Shown: in pieces, positions 8,102-17,899 of the stretch
Layout: the number at the start of each line of letters is the position of its first letter
Numbering within the stretch: position 1 is the stretch's first letter
From: a virus
DNA length: 64,000 nucleotides
Strand: one strand, 5' to 3'
IMG/VR virus record: IMGVR_UViG_3300038620_000091
Made by a program: the position numbers and the translations under genes
Notes under the pieces: generated by a model
The model's input: the letters and a program-made list of their open reading frames with translations, nothing else
Told to the model about the DNA's origin: nothing
Database searches by the model: none

Positions 8102-8472
8102 AAGAAGTTCACAAGGAAATATTTCAACTTGTGTACAACGGAAACTTCTCTTGGCACGAAGTTTACTACGAAATGCCAAGAAAATACCGGAGAATGTATG
8201 TAAAGCTTCTTGTCGATCAAAAAAAGAAAGAGAAAGAGCAGATCGAAAAATCCGGGAAAGAAAGTCAAGGAACCGGGCCGGGGCCATACAGACCCGAAGG
8301 CGTTCCGGAGTCTTCATCCCCACCAAAGCCAAGCCCTTCTCCGAAACCTTCCCCGTCAGGTTCAAAACCAGATGTTCCACAACCTTCAAACCAACAGGCG
8401 TCTTCGCCGCTTTCATCCGAAGACGCCAAGAAGTTTCGTAGAAAACTCAAACAAATGAAAGAAGAAACATGA
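8080..8472 (+). CDS. frameshift extension of the tail chaperone (T4 gp51-like)
   Basis: HKEIFQLVY.GNFSWHEVY.EMP..YR..Y motif, then a Pro/Ser-rich tail; the conserved-looking region starts upstream of the GTG at 8131. Confidence 0.7.
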   Translation, partial: SFPDGYIKEVHKEIFQLVYNGNFSWHEVYYEMPRKYRRMYVKLLVDQKKKEKEQIEKSGKESQGTGPGPYRPEGVPESSSPPKPSPSPKPSPSGSKPDVPQPSNQQASSPLSSEDAKKFRRKLKQMKEET

Positions 8473-8699
8473 AAAAAGGTAAGCTAACAGAGGGCATTAT
8501 CTCCGATTTTGTAGACAAGTTCATGGACAAATTTTTCCGTGGGACCGGGGGGAGAGATCGAGACGAAAAGGTAGAAAAGATCATTCAAAACGACCCAAAA
8601 CTTCGGCGCAAAGCCCGTGAACTTGAACAAAACGCACAGGAGATGGAACAGGCCCTTGAAGATAAGTTGAAGAAAGCAAAAGAAGATCCTCTCTTTTAA
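8469..8699 (+). CDS. hypothetical protein
   Basis: Overlaps the previous stop; starts MKKGKLTE. Confidence 0.6.
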   Translation: MKKGKLTEGIISDFVDKFMDKFFRGTGGRDRDEKVEKIIQNDPKLRRKARELEQNAQEMEQALEDKLKKAKEDPLF

Positions 8700-8740
8700 A
8701 AAGCATGTTACAAAAAGGCGATGAAAAAAGACGTAGCTAA

Positions 8741-11700
8741 ATGGCAACATCATTTGAAAAACTTGAATCCTCCCTTGAAGGATATACCCAAAAGCAGGAG
8801 GGCACATCCCAAGCCATAACCGAGCTTCAAACAGTCATTGACGGGTTTGAAGACGTAGAGCAAGAACGTCTTGAATCCGCTAGTCGCCTCTTAGAAAGCT
8901 TAGAGAGAAACAACGAACTTCTCTCCCAATCCATCGATCAAACCGTTCCTAACGCCTTAGCGCGGCTTGAAGATATAAGTGGAACCCCTGCCGGGACTGC
9001 AGCCGCAAGTGTCATTGGGGCGCTTCCGGAAACCGAAAACTTAGAAGAGCTTTCATCTGTCACCGAAGAAGTGGTCGGGTTTATTGACAAATCCACCGAA
9101 ATTCAAAAGCAATTCAACGAAGGGGCGCTAACTCGAATCGAGCTTGAAGAAGAGCTTCAAAGCCTTCAAGAGCAAACAACTGAAAATCTAGAAAGACAGA
9201 AAAACGTCCAGTCCTCAACTGTTGAAGGAATAAGCGAGGACGTATCCCAAGCATCTGAACAGTACGGGGAGCTTTCCGGGCAAGTCCAAACGGCAGAAGA
9301 GTTTCAAGATGCTTTGAATACCCGTCTTGGGGATTTTGCCGAGCCTTTAACTGTGGCCTTAGAGAACTTACGTAGCGTAAAAGCTACACTTCTTGGTATT
9401 GTAACTTCTCCTTTGGCCGCACTTGTGGCATTGGTAGGTGGAGCCGTGACCGGGTTTGTGTCTTTGAGTAACCAAACTCAAGATTTTGTTGAAGAAACCG
9501 GGCTTGCCGTTGACCAAGCAAGAAACCTAACGACACAAATCAACCAAAGCCGAAGCCAAATCGCAAGGTTTGGCACGGAAGTTGAAGAGGTTCAAGCTGG
9601 CCTATCTACTCTTATTACAAACTTCGGCACCTTAAACAGCGCGGCAGAGTTCCTTGGAACAACATCCGAAGGCGTTCAAAGTGAAATTACGAAGGTGGCA
9701 GGTCGTCTTCGAATTGGTGGGGAAGAGGCCGCACAGCTTCTTACAAACTTCGAGGAGCTTGCGGGGCTTACAGGAACAACCCGCCAAAACCTACTGGAGT
9801 CGGCAGAATCCGCTTCAAGAATCACGGACGTTCCACTTCGAACAGTCACGCAAGACCTTTCCGAAAACGCAGAAGAGCTTGCAACCTTTTCAAATTCTTC
9901 AAGCGAAGAACTTGCAGCCGCTGCAGCACGGGCTAGAGAACTTGGCACAAACATCGGTGAAGTTGTTGACGCTCAAAAGAAATTCCTAAATGACCTTCCC
10001 GGCCAGCTTCAAGCCGTGGGTGAAGCTTCGGCTTTAACTGGAATTCAATTTGACCAAGCCGAGCTTGCACAGTCGGCCAACGAAGGAACGGCGGCGTTTC
10101 AAGACGCTTTGGTAAGCCAGTTTGAAGACGTTGATCTTCAAAACCTTCTCCCCTTCCAGAAGCAACAGATTCAAGAGGCTTTTGGGTTTTCAATTTCCCA
10201 AATCCAAAGAATTAAAGAGACGACCGAGGCGACCCAAGGTTCCGCAGAAGATTTAGCGGATTCGATTCGGGAAGGAAAAGTTGGATTTGACCGGGCATTT
10301 TCAGAGACAGAAGCGTTTACCGCCCTTCAAGCTCTTCAAAACGAGCTTTCTGCAGCCGCGTTTACACTTGTTGAAGAGTTTACCCCACTTTTTAAAAATT
10401 CAAGTTCGGTTGTTCAAAACTTAACTGAAGCCGTAAAAGCGTCTATTCCTATATTCCGGCTTTTAGGTGACGGTCTTCGAATCGTCGGTGAAGTTGTTGC
10501 ATTTGCACTTGACCGGATTGCAGACTTTATCAATATATCCGAGACGTTCATTAATTCCCTTGCAAGTGCAGCCGAAACGATGGAGGCTACCGAAAACAGA
10601 ACCGCAAGTTTAGCCTCTGTGTTTTTCGGGCTTGTGGACGCTACTGTTTTTCTTGCCAATAAAACGTCTGAATTTTATAACGAGTTTGTTAGTTTTCTTG
10701 GAATTGAAGAGGAATTTGAGTCGTTTGTTTCAACGGTCGTTGGTGGTTTTGAAACTTTTGCAAGCTACCTTACCGGGGGCGTTCTTCTTGGCGCTCTTAC
10801 GTTCTTTACCGGACGCGCAATTAAACGGTTCTTTACGTTCGGGGACGCGGTAGAAGAAGTGGCAGAAGAAACAGCAGAGTCAGTTGGAAATTCTTCAAAA
10901 AGCATCTTCGAGGGGCTTTCTAAGTCCATTACAAGCTTTGTGGACGGTCTTTCCGACGTTATTAACTCTGTCATTGACCTTGTAACTTCTGGCCTTAAAA
11001 CGCTTCTCTCTGGCCTTGGACAAGCAATAAGCGCGTTTGGAAAGGCTCTTACCCCACTCGTTAACCCGGCAGTTGCAGGGGGAATCGCTGTGCTTACAGG
11101 TGCATTGATCGGTATCGGTGGAGCAGCTCGTCTTGCAGCCCCTGCCATTGATACCCTTGGTGAAGTTTTGATTAGCCTGTTTGATAGCTTACAACCTGTT
11201 CTTGAAACACTAGCCGGGGGAGTTGCGGATCTGTTCCGGGACTTCGGAGAGGCGCTTGTAACCTTAGCTGAACAGGCGGTGCCTCTTGCGGATACTTTCA
11301 TTGACGGTTTCCTTCGTGTTATCGACCAAATTGGAGATAGCGTAGCGGGAGTTCTTGACACAATCTTCTCAGGAATTGTAAGCGTTGCAAATGCAGGTCC
11401 ACAAATTGCGGTGGCTGCAGGAGGGATCACTCAACTTGCAGCCGCGTTTACGACCCTTACCGCAAGTGGAATCATTCAAGGCTTAACAGATTTTGTTGGG
11501 CTTGGATTTGTCGGTCAACTTGAACAGATCGCTTCGTTTGCAGAACCTTTGAACATCGTTGGAGTCGCAATTGACCGGGTAGCTTCCGGGTTTGAAAAAC
11601 TTTCCGAAATTGACGTTGCATCGGTTGGAAGCGAACTCGCCCAATCGGTTGAAGATATTTCCGGGAATGAAGCCGTTGTTGAAGCCATTGGAGCGGCAGC

Positions 11701-11932
11701 GCCACAAACCACAACCGAAACCCCGACAACTGCAGGAGCAGAAGCTGGCGGTGGTGGTGAAGGAGGAACGGACATGTCCGATACAAATGGGCTTCTTCAA
11801 CGCCTTGTCCAGCAAAATCAAACGCTTATTCAAGTTATTGCCGAGCAAACCGATATTAATCTTGATTCGGAGAAAGTTTCAAAGACGCTTCGAAATTCAA
11901 ACAGCGCGAATACTTTGAAAAGCAATATTTAA
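8741..11932 (+). CDS. tape measure protein
   Basis: 1063 aa, helical, Ala/Gly/Leu-rich with hydrophobic stretches; follows the chaperone pair. Confidence 0.88.
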   Translation: MATSFEKLESSLEGYTQKQEGTSQAITELQTVIDGFEDVEQERLESASRLLESLERNNELLSQSIDQTVPNALARLEDISGTPAGTAAASVIGALPETENLEELSSVTEEVVGFIDKSTEIQKQFNEGALTRIELEEELQSLQEQTTENLERQKNVQSSTVEGISEDVSQASEQYGELSGQVQTAEEFQDALNTRLGDFAEPLTVALENLRSVKATLLGIVTSPLAALVALVGGAVTGFVSLSNQTQDFVEETGLAVDQARNLTTQINQSRSQIARFGTEVEEVQAGLSTLITNFGTLNSAAEFLGTTSEGVQSEITKVAGRLRIGGEEAAQLLTNFEELAGLTGTTRQNLLESAESASRITDVPLRTVTQDLSENAEELATFSNSSSEELAAAAARARELGTNIGEVVDAQKKFLNDLPGQLQAVGEASALTGIQFDQAELAQSANEGTAAFQDALVSQFEDVDLQNLLPFQKQQIQEAFGFSISQIQRIKETTEATQGSAEDLADSIREGKVGFDRAFSETEAFTALQALQNELSAAAFTLVEEFTPLFKNSSSVVQNLTEAVKASIPIFRLLGDGLRIVGEVVAFALDRIADFINISETFINSLASAAETMEATENRTASLASVFFGLVDATVFLANKTSEFYNEFVSFLGIEEEFESFVSTVVGGFETFASYLTGGVLLGALTFFTGRAIKRFFTFGDAVEEVAEETAESVGNSSKSIFEGLSKSITSFVDGLSDVINSVIDLVTSGLKTLLSGLGQAISAFGKALTPLVNPAVAGGIAVLTGALIGIGGAARLAAPAIDTLGEVLISLFDSLQPVLETLAGGVADLFRDFGEALVTLAEQAVPLADTFIDGFLRVIDQIGDSVAGVLDTIFSGIVSVANAGPQIAVAAGGITQLAAAFTTLTASGIIQGLTDFVGLGFVGQLEQIASFAEPLNIVGVAIDRVASGFEKLSEIDVASVGSELAQSVEDISGNEAVVEAIGAAAPQTTTETPTTAGAEAGGGGEGGTDMSDTNGLLQRLVQQNQTLIQVIAEQTDINLDSEKVSKTLRNSNSANTLKSNI

Positions 11933-11976
11933 AAGTAAACAAGATTTTCACATAAAAAACCCTCTTTACTAGTAGC

Positions 11977-14900
11977 ATGGCTCTTTTTGATAATTTAGAT
12001 GAAAATTCAGAGGTTCCGGGAACGCCAGAGAAAACACAGGTTCCGGAAACAGACCCGGATGTGCGTCTATCGAAAGAAACGTCCCCGAAGCGACAGGACC
12101 CGCGTGTTAACAGACCAAAGAGTGAAGGACCGAAGCTAAAAGATCCAAGAGTGAGTAAAGCTTCACAAACCGGGGTAGACCGAAGCGATTTTTCTAACCG
12201 AAACGCTCCGGATACCGAAGGGCCAAAAGAAAAAGATCCTTCCATTCCAAGACAAAATCAAGAGCAGGTCCAAAGAAAAGAAAGGTATAACATCGGGCAA
12301 ATCAACCAAACTCCAATTGAGCCAAAAACCTATTCGTTTGAAAGCTTAAATCAAAGAGGCGTCGAGCCTCAAGAGCAAAATTTAGATGAAGCAAGACAAA
12401 CAGGTGTTCAAGAAAAAGAAAACCTTGGCGTTGAAGAAACGCAAAACGAAGGCGTTTTATTTCAAAATGTAGTAGAAGGGGTTGAAGTCCCCGATTTTCA
12501 AGGGCCGCAAGAACTTGACCCGAATGTAGAAGATGTAGATGAAAATAGACAAACTGTTCCAAGCCGAGAAATTGACGTAACAGAGTCTTCAAACTTCGGG
12601 GTGGAGAGAAACGTAGATATCGGCGTCAATTCAAACGTTGACCAGTCTCCACCTAAAAACGAAAGGCAAGACTCCGGGCTTGTCGAGTCCCAAACAAGAG
12701 TTGAAAATGTTCAACCTGACGTTTCCCTGTCTTCGAATCTTGGGGTAAACGAAAACCAAGACACCGTTTCTTTATCTTCAAATCTTGGAGTGGTCGAGTT
12801 TGACGTTGAACTTTTTCGTTTGGATCAAACACCGATCCGGCCCCCAAATGTTCGTTTTGAACTTCAAGATCAAACAAAAATTGATCCACGTTTGATTGAC
12901 TCGATTGATTCTTCTCCGTCGAATACGGGAGTTGAAGCCCCAAGTGATCTTGGAGTTCCCGTGGCAGAAAATACGGGGGTAGAGATTCCCGAACCAGACG
13001 CGGCGTTTCCAAATGAGGTGGATGTTGGGGAAGCAAACATTGTTCCACTTTCAGATCCTCTTGATCTTCAAATTCCAAGTCAAGAGCTTATTGATCCAAC
13101 TGTAGAGCGAGATTTCCCCCAAGAAGTTTCAATTGAGCCTGTAGAAAATACAGAAGTTGACCTTGCAGAAGACGTTGGCGTTGAAGAACAGGCAGTTTCA
13201 ATTCCTCTTCAAAATCAAAACCAAGTTGAAGACCTTCGGCCACAAATCGAAGAAGCGGAGGAAACTCAACTTCAAAACGTGGAAATCGAAGGCATTTCTC
13301 CGGTAGAAAACTCTGGAAACATCCCACTTGAAGAGCTTGAAATTGAAGAGGTAAACGTAGAATATGACCAGTCTGGAGAGGTGCCTACTTTTCCGGAAGA
13401 AATTTTACTAGACCGATCCGAGCTTCCGGGGCTTCCAACTCCACAAAGCCTTCAAGAAAGAAACGAGCGGTCAAGAGATCGTGAGTTTGAGCAGTTTAGC
13501 CTTTCAAATGGGTTTTTGGATCAACCGTGGATCACCACACGGCCAGACGACCCAAGAACAAATCTGTATGAAGGAAGCAGGGTAGTTCCGGGGAGAGAAC
13601 ATGCAGAAGACCAAGTTCGTCTTTCAAAGTTTCTTGCATCCCCGCGTGGAATTTTGTTTAATGCAAAGCAGTCTACCCTTCAAACACAAAATACAAGAAG
13701 GCTTACAAGAATTTACGACCCCGCTGCACTTCGAAATTCGGCACTTTCTTATCTTGTTTCCGATACCCGCCACGTATCGGCAGGAGAAGGGCTTTTAGGA
13801 AGCCTTGTGAGCCGCTTAGACGGGCTTACAAGTTTTGTTAGTGGCCTTAGTGACCTTCCAAAAGACAGCACGAGAGAAGAAGAAATAAGGGCCTTAACAG
13901 ATGGTCAAGGATATCTTCGAAACCAAACCCCAAGGTTTGAAGGAGAAGGGCTAACGGGGGCTCAATATAGAGAACGAGCACGCCAAGCGTTAGCGGATCA
14001 AGTTGAAGACCTTCGCCCGGATTTTTACACGCTTCAGCCTAGAGGTCCCCGCAGGCTTCAACGCGATAGGCAAGAAATTCTTGAAGGGTCAAGAGACTCC
14101 TTCATCGGAATGAAACCTATAACAAGCACCGAAAAGGTTGGTGAAGGCCCACTTGGAACGCCAATCACAAGAGAAACCGAGACGTTTGATACATATAACC
14201 CGCTTCGGACAAGAGAAGATTTTCTTGAAAACTTCGAAGACGGTGAAAGTCCAATTACCGAAAAAACGGTCGAAGACGAGTCGGATCTTTCCAAAGAACA
14301 GTTTAACCCGTATCCAGACGTTGTTCGGGGCGAAGAGCCGGGACCAGATGAAGGCGTTCCGAAAGATGAAAACTTTGAGCCAGAAGACGGCTACTTCATT
14401 CTTTACAGAAGAGAAGGAGACGCTTCGTATGGGTACCCGAACTACTCTAGCGAAGAAAAGTTTGAAGACCTTGTAAATTCAAAACCAATTGAAGAGTATC
14501 AAACGACAAACGGAGAAATTGACGATTCCGAGGTACTTACCGGACCAAACGGTGAAGAGTTTAAAGACGTGGTCCCGTTTCGCATTTACGATCTAATTAA
14601 TAGAAGGCGTCTTATTTTTCGCTCGTATCTTCAAGGAATCTCTATATCTAACGAAACGAACTGGAGTTCCAACCAGTATGCCGGAAGACCGGAAAAGTAT
14701 CACATCTACGGTGGAAATAGCAGGTCCCTTTCGTTTAGCTTTTCTACGTTTGCACAAAGCGAAAAAGAGTTTGAAAACCTTTGGGACAAAATCAACTACT
14801 TAAATGGCCTTGTTTATCCGTCAAACATTCAAACGCTTCGAGGTGGTGGAGCTTATATGCTTGCCCCGTTTTTGAAAATTACGTTAGGAGACCTTTTAAA

Positions 14901-15093
14901 CAAATGGCCGGGGTTCTTTCAAAGCTTAGATATTAGTTTTCCAGACGAAAGCCCTTGGGAGACTAGAAGTGGAAGAAGACTTCCAAAGCAAGCGGACATA
15001 AGTTGCACATACACCCTTATCGAAAGAGAGTTTCCAAACACCGGAGACAGACTTTTTGACGGTTCGTTTATTCAAGATTTTGATAATGCATAA
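11977..15093 (+). CDS. baseplate/tail-tube initiator-like protein with long acidic N-terminal extension
   Basis: C-terminal FRSYL.GIS...W....Y.GRPE..HIY....RSLSFSF...PFLKITLGD tube-initiator-like domain; position after the tape measure. Confidence 0.7.
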   Translation: MALFDNLDENSEVPGTPEKTQVPETDPDVRLSKETSPKRQDPRVNRPKSEGPKLKDPRVSKASQTGVDRSDFSNRNAPDTEGPKEKDPSIPRQNQEQVQRKERYNIGQINQTPIEPKTYSFESLNQRGVEPQEQNLDEARQTGVQEKENLGVEETQNEGVLFQNVVEGVEVPDFQGPQELDPNVEDVDENRQTVPSREIDVTESSNFGVERNVDIGVNSNVDQSPPKNERQDSGLVESQTRVENVQPDVSLSSNLGVNENQDTVSLSSNLGVVEFDVELFRLDQTPIRPPNVRFELQDQTKIDPRLIDSIDSSPSNTGVEAPSDLGVPVAENTGVEIPEPDAAFPNEVDVGEANIVPLSDPLDLQIPSQELIDPTVERDFPQEVSIEPVENTEVDLAEDVGVEEQAVSIPLQNQNQVEDLRPQIEEAEETQLQNVEIEGISPVENSGNIPLEELEIEEVNVEYDQSGEVPTFPEEILLDRSELPGLPTPQSLQERNERSRDREFEQFSLSNGFLDQPWITTRPDDPRTNLYEGSRVVPGREHAEDQVRLSKFLASPRGILFNAKQSTLQTQNTRRLTRIYDPAALRNSALSYLVSDTRHVSAGEGLLGSLVSRLDGLTSFVSGLSDLPKDSTREEEIRALTDGQGYLRNQTPRFEGEGLTGAQYRERARQALADQVEDLRPDFYTLQPRGPRRLQRDRQEILEGSRDSFIGMKPITSTEKVGEGPLGTPITRETETFDTYNPLRTREDFLENFEDGESPITEKTVEDESDLSKEQFNPYPDVVRGEEPGPDEGVPKDENFEPEDGYFILYRREGDASYGYPNYSSEEKFEDLVNSKPIEEYQTTNGEIDDSEVLTGPNGEEFKDVVPFRIYDLINRRRLIFRSYLQGISISNETNWSSNQYAGRPEKYHIYGGNSRSLSFSFSTFAQSEKEFENLWDKINYLNGLVYPSNIQTLRGGGAYMLAPFLKITLGDLLNKWPGFFQSLDISFPDESPWETRSGRRLPKQADISCTYTLIEREFPNTGDRLFDGSFIQDFDNA

Positions 15094-15108
15094 GAACATA
15101 CTACCATT

Positions 15109-15411
15109 ATGGCTAGGTACGAAAATCAAGAAGTCCGAAGTGACAATAGGCGAGGCAGAGTATACACTACAACAATCACTCCAAAGCCTCAAGACGTGAT
15201 TGGAACGATCCGAGTAGAAACAGAGCCGGGGGACCGTCTTGACACGTTAGCGAACAGGTACTACGACGATTCTACTCTTTGGTGGGTAATAGCTAGAGCT
15301 AACGGTTTAGGAAAGGGGGATTTTTCAGTTCCAAATGGAGAAGTACTGGAAATACCGAATCCGAGAGAGATTAACACCTACCTTCGAAGGCTTGATGAAA
15401 TTAACGATTAA
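15109..15411 (+). CDS. LysM-domain baseplate protein
   Basis: GDRLDTLANRYYDDSTLWWVIARAN...LEIP. Confidence 0.85.
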   Translation: MARYENQEVRSDNRRGRVYTTTITPKPQDVIGTIRVETEPGDRLDTLANRYYDDSTLWWVIARANGLGKGDFSVPNGEVLEIPNPREINTYLRRLDEIND

Positions 15412-15427
15412 CTGACAAAAAAGCGTT

Positions 15428-17464
15428 ATGGACGTACTTTACCCGATACCCGATCACATTCGAGAAGAGTTTAACGCCCGGAAGAACGACCCACAGGCTC
15501 TTCAACGCCCGAAAACTCCGTGGTTTCGTTTTATTTCTAACGCCCAACCTACGTCGGATGGAGAGCAAAAAGAAGCGGTAAAGATTCTTTCCGGTGGAAC
15601 GTTCGATAAAGGGGAAGAGTCCCTTCGAGGTGGGCTTGGAGGACAGTACAGCTTCGAGCGTGGAGACGCGGCACGCCCGGAACCGGGTGCCGAGTCTGTT
15701 TCAATTGAGGTGAAAGGGTCAAGAATTCAAATCACGGTAAACTGGAAGTGTTGGACGCCGAAACAGCTTGAAGAGCTTGCACCATACTTTTTGGTTCCGG
15801 GAATGAGTTGTATCATTGATTTTGGTTGGTCAACAGCGCCGGGTAGAAGCGTTCTTGACGTTGCCGACAGAAGCAAGCGGCAAGAGCTTTTCCAATCGGG
15901 ACCTTCCGAGGGCCAACCTTACCGGATCAATCCGGGATCTGTGGAAAATGAAAACCTTCTTCACCCTTTTGTTCGCTACGAGAGAAGGGGGGACTCTAGA
16001 TATGGTATATACGTGGGCACAATTAACAATTTCGACGTGTCCTATAACGAACAAGGCGGGTTTGACGTTTCAACGAAGCTTCTTCACCACAATGAAGGAA
16101 TGCTTCAACTTCGAATGAGAGACCAGTATAGAAGAAGAGAAGGGGTAAAGAAGGGGGACAAGAAGAAGCCTACCTTCTATGAACACGTTGTAAAAGACGG
16201 GACGTTGGACAAGCAAATTAACGAAGACTTAGATCAAGGATCTACCGGAGGCCACCTTGTCCAGTTTGGTGAAGAGACGTTTATGAGTTGGCACTACTTT
16301 GAGAAAAAAGTTTTGAACCCGTACGTAGAAAGCGTAAACAGAGAAAATCCCAAAATCAAGTTTTACCATTTTGATAGCCGAGACTCGTTTGCAAGTTGGT
16401 ATCCAAATATGCTTTCCACAAACGAGAAAAAATGCATAACAAGTGGGGACAACGGAAGTGGAAACGGACTTAAAGTTCGGGGATTCAAACAAAAGCCTTC
16501 AAAAGACCCCACATCTACAGCTACAGACGAAACGGTTCCTTCAATTCCCGGAGGCAATAAGCGGCTTGGCTACGTGTATAACATGTATATAAATGTTGGG
16601 TTCTTAAAAGACACAGCCGAGCAAAAAGAGAACATCATGGATACCGTCGAGACCATTCTCCGGGGATGCAGCGATGCGTGTTTTAACATATGGGACTTTT
16701 CAATCGAAATTGAAGGAAACAACTTGGTTGTTGTGGACATGAACGCAAGCCCTGACGACGTAGATACCGCCATTTCGAAGGCATATGAATTTTTTCCATT
16801 CACGACCGATACGGTTGTCCAGTCGTTTTCATTTGACTTTGATCTTCCAAAAGGGCTTATGAGCCAGATGTATATTGGAAGCCAAACCCGTGAAACCGGA
16901 AGCGAAAAAGATGGGATCTATAACAACGCCAAGGGAACCCTTCAAAAACTTTTTGGTGTAGACTTTGTTACCGACACAGTTCGTGACTTAAAAAGAGCCG
17001 CGCCAAGAGAAGAAGAACCCGAGTCCGGGGGGAAAGACTCAACCCAAGATCGAAAATCTGTTACCCCTCTTGAAAAAAACTTAAACGAGCAGTTTTCAAA
17101 CGAACAAAGTTTGACGCAACAGCCAGAAGACGGGGTCCTTCGAGGATCTCTTAGAACCGGGCTTGACGGATACGTGTTTAGCGACGTTGGGGCAGAGCTT
17201 TTCAAAGAGCAGCTTCTTAAAGACCAAGATAAAAATAGCCCAAGAAACGGAACGACCCCACTTCCGGTGAACATAAGTTTAGAGTTTGAAGGCATATCCG
17301 GCCTTCGAAGGTTCCAAACAATTACGGTTGCAAACCTTCCCCGACCATTTGTTGACGGGGTGTATATGATTAAAAACGTAAGTCACGAAATATCTTCTGA
17401 CGAGTGGAGAACAAATGTAGAGGCAAACTTTGTTGCCCCAAATCCATTTTCAAACGACAATTAA
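15428..17464 (+). CDS. baseplate hub protein (gp27/gpD-like)
   Basis: Position after LysM; C-terminal GISGL..FQ....NLP....GVYMIKNVSHEI...WRT. Confidence 0.7.
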   Translation: MDVLYPIPDHIREEFNARKNDPQALQRPKTPWFRFISNAQPTSDGEQKEAVKILSGGTFDKGEESLRGGLGGQYSFERGDAARPEPGAESVSIEVKGSRIQITVNWKCWTPKQLEELAPYFLVPGMSCIIDFGWSTAPGRSVLDVADRSKRQELFQSGPSEGQPYRINPGSVENENLLHPFVRYERRGDSRYGIYVGTINNFDVSYNEQGGFDVSTKLLHHNEGMLQLRMRDQYRRREGVKKGDKKKPTFYEHVVKDGTLDKQINEDLDQGSTGGHLVQFGEETFMSWHYFEKKVLNPYVESVNRENPKIKFYHFDSRDSFASWYPNMLSTNEKKCITSGDNGSGNGLKVRGFKQKPSKDPTSTATDETVPSIPGGNKRLGYVYNMYINVGFLKDTAEQKENIMDTVETILRGCSDACFNIWDFSIEIEGNNLVVVDMNASPDDVDTAISKAYEFFPFTTDTVVQSFSFDFDLPKGLMSQMYIGSQTRETGSEKDGIYNNAKGTLQKLFGVDFVTDTVRDLKRAAPREEEPESGGKDSTQDRKSVTPLEKNLNEQFSNEQSLTQQPEDGVLRGSLRTGLDGYVFSDVGAELFKEQLLKDQDKNSPRNGTTPLPVNISLEFEGISGLRRFQTITVANLPRPFVDGVYMIKNVSHEISSDEWRTNVEANFVAPNPFSNDN

Positions 17465-17467
17465 GAA

Positions 17468-17899
17468 ATGAGCTTAAAAGAAAGATACGAAAATTCCAAG
17501 CCAAAAATATTCACCACACAGATCCGGGATTCTACCGAGCCTGTTCCCAAAAAGGTTCAACCGTCTGAGTCTGATTACGAACGGGGGTTTATGGTCCGGT
17601 ATTTTCTAAAACGGAAAAACGTAAAAGAAAGGTTGCCGTTTGAAGTTGATCGACCACAATACAAGCAGTTCCAAAAGAGGGGTTCCGGAATTTCAAGACA
17701 AATATATGAGGGGGCAAAAATCAAGTGGAGGCTTACCGGGCCAAAAGACAAGATTGAAAACAGTCTTGGATATCCGATTGATCGAGGCGTTGAAGAAACA
17801 AACAAGCGGCTTGTCCGTTTATACAACGAACAACTCGAAGGAATAGATCAAGTATTAACAAATCCGTTACAATTTTACCGTGGCAACGAAAATCGTTGA
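17468..17899 (+). CDS. hypothetical (probable baseplate-associated) protein
   Basis: PSESDYERGFMVRYF, IKWRLTGP and NPLQFY motifs; contiguous with baseplate genes. Confidence 0.6.
   Translation: MSLKERYENSKPKIFTTQIRDSTEPVPKKVQPSESDYERGFMVRYFLKRKNVKERLPFEVDRPQYKQFQKRGSGISRQIYEGAKIKWRLTGPKDKIENSLGYPIDRGVEETNKRLVRLYNEQLEGIDQVLTNPLQFYRGNENR

Noticed and set aside
8001-8441. 146-aa alternative-frame ORF over the chaperone junction
   Set aside because: It is the +1 frame with shadow-like basic composition; the -1 frame carries the conserved motif.
10765-11430. 221-aa minus-strand ORF and similar antisense ORFs (3633, 22513, 54511, 57804)
   Set aside because: They lie opposite well-supported plus-strand genes and show no motifs; they are treated as shadows.
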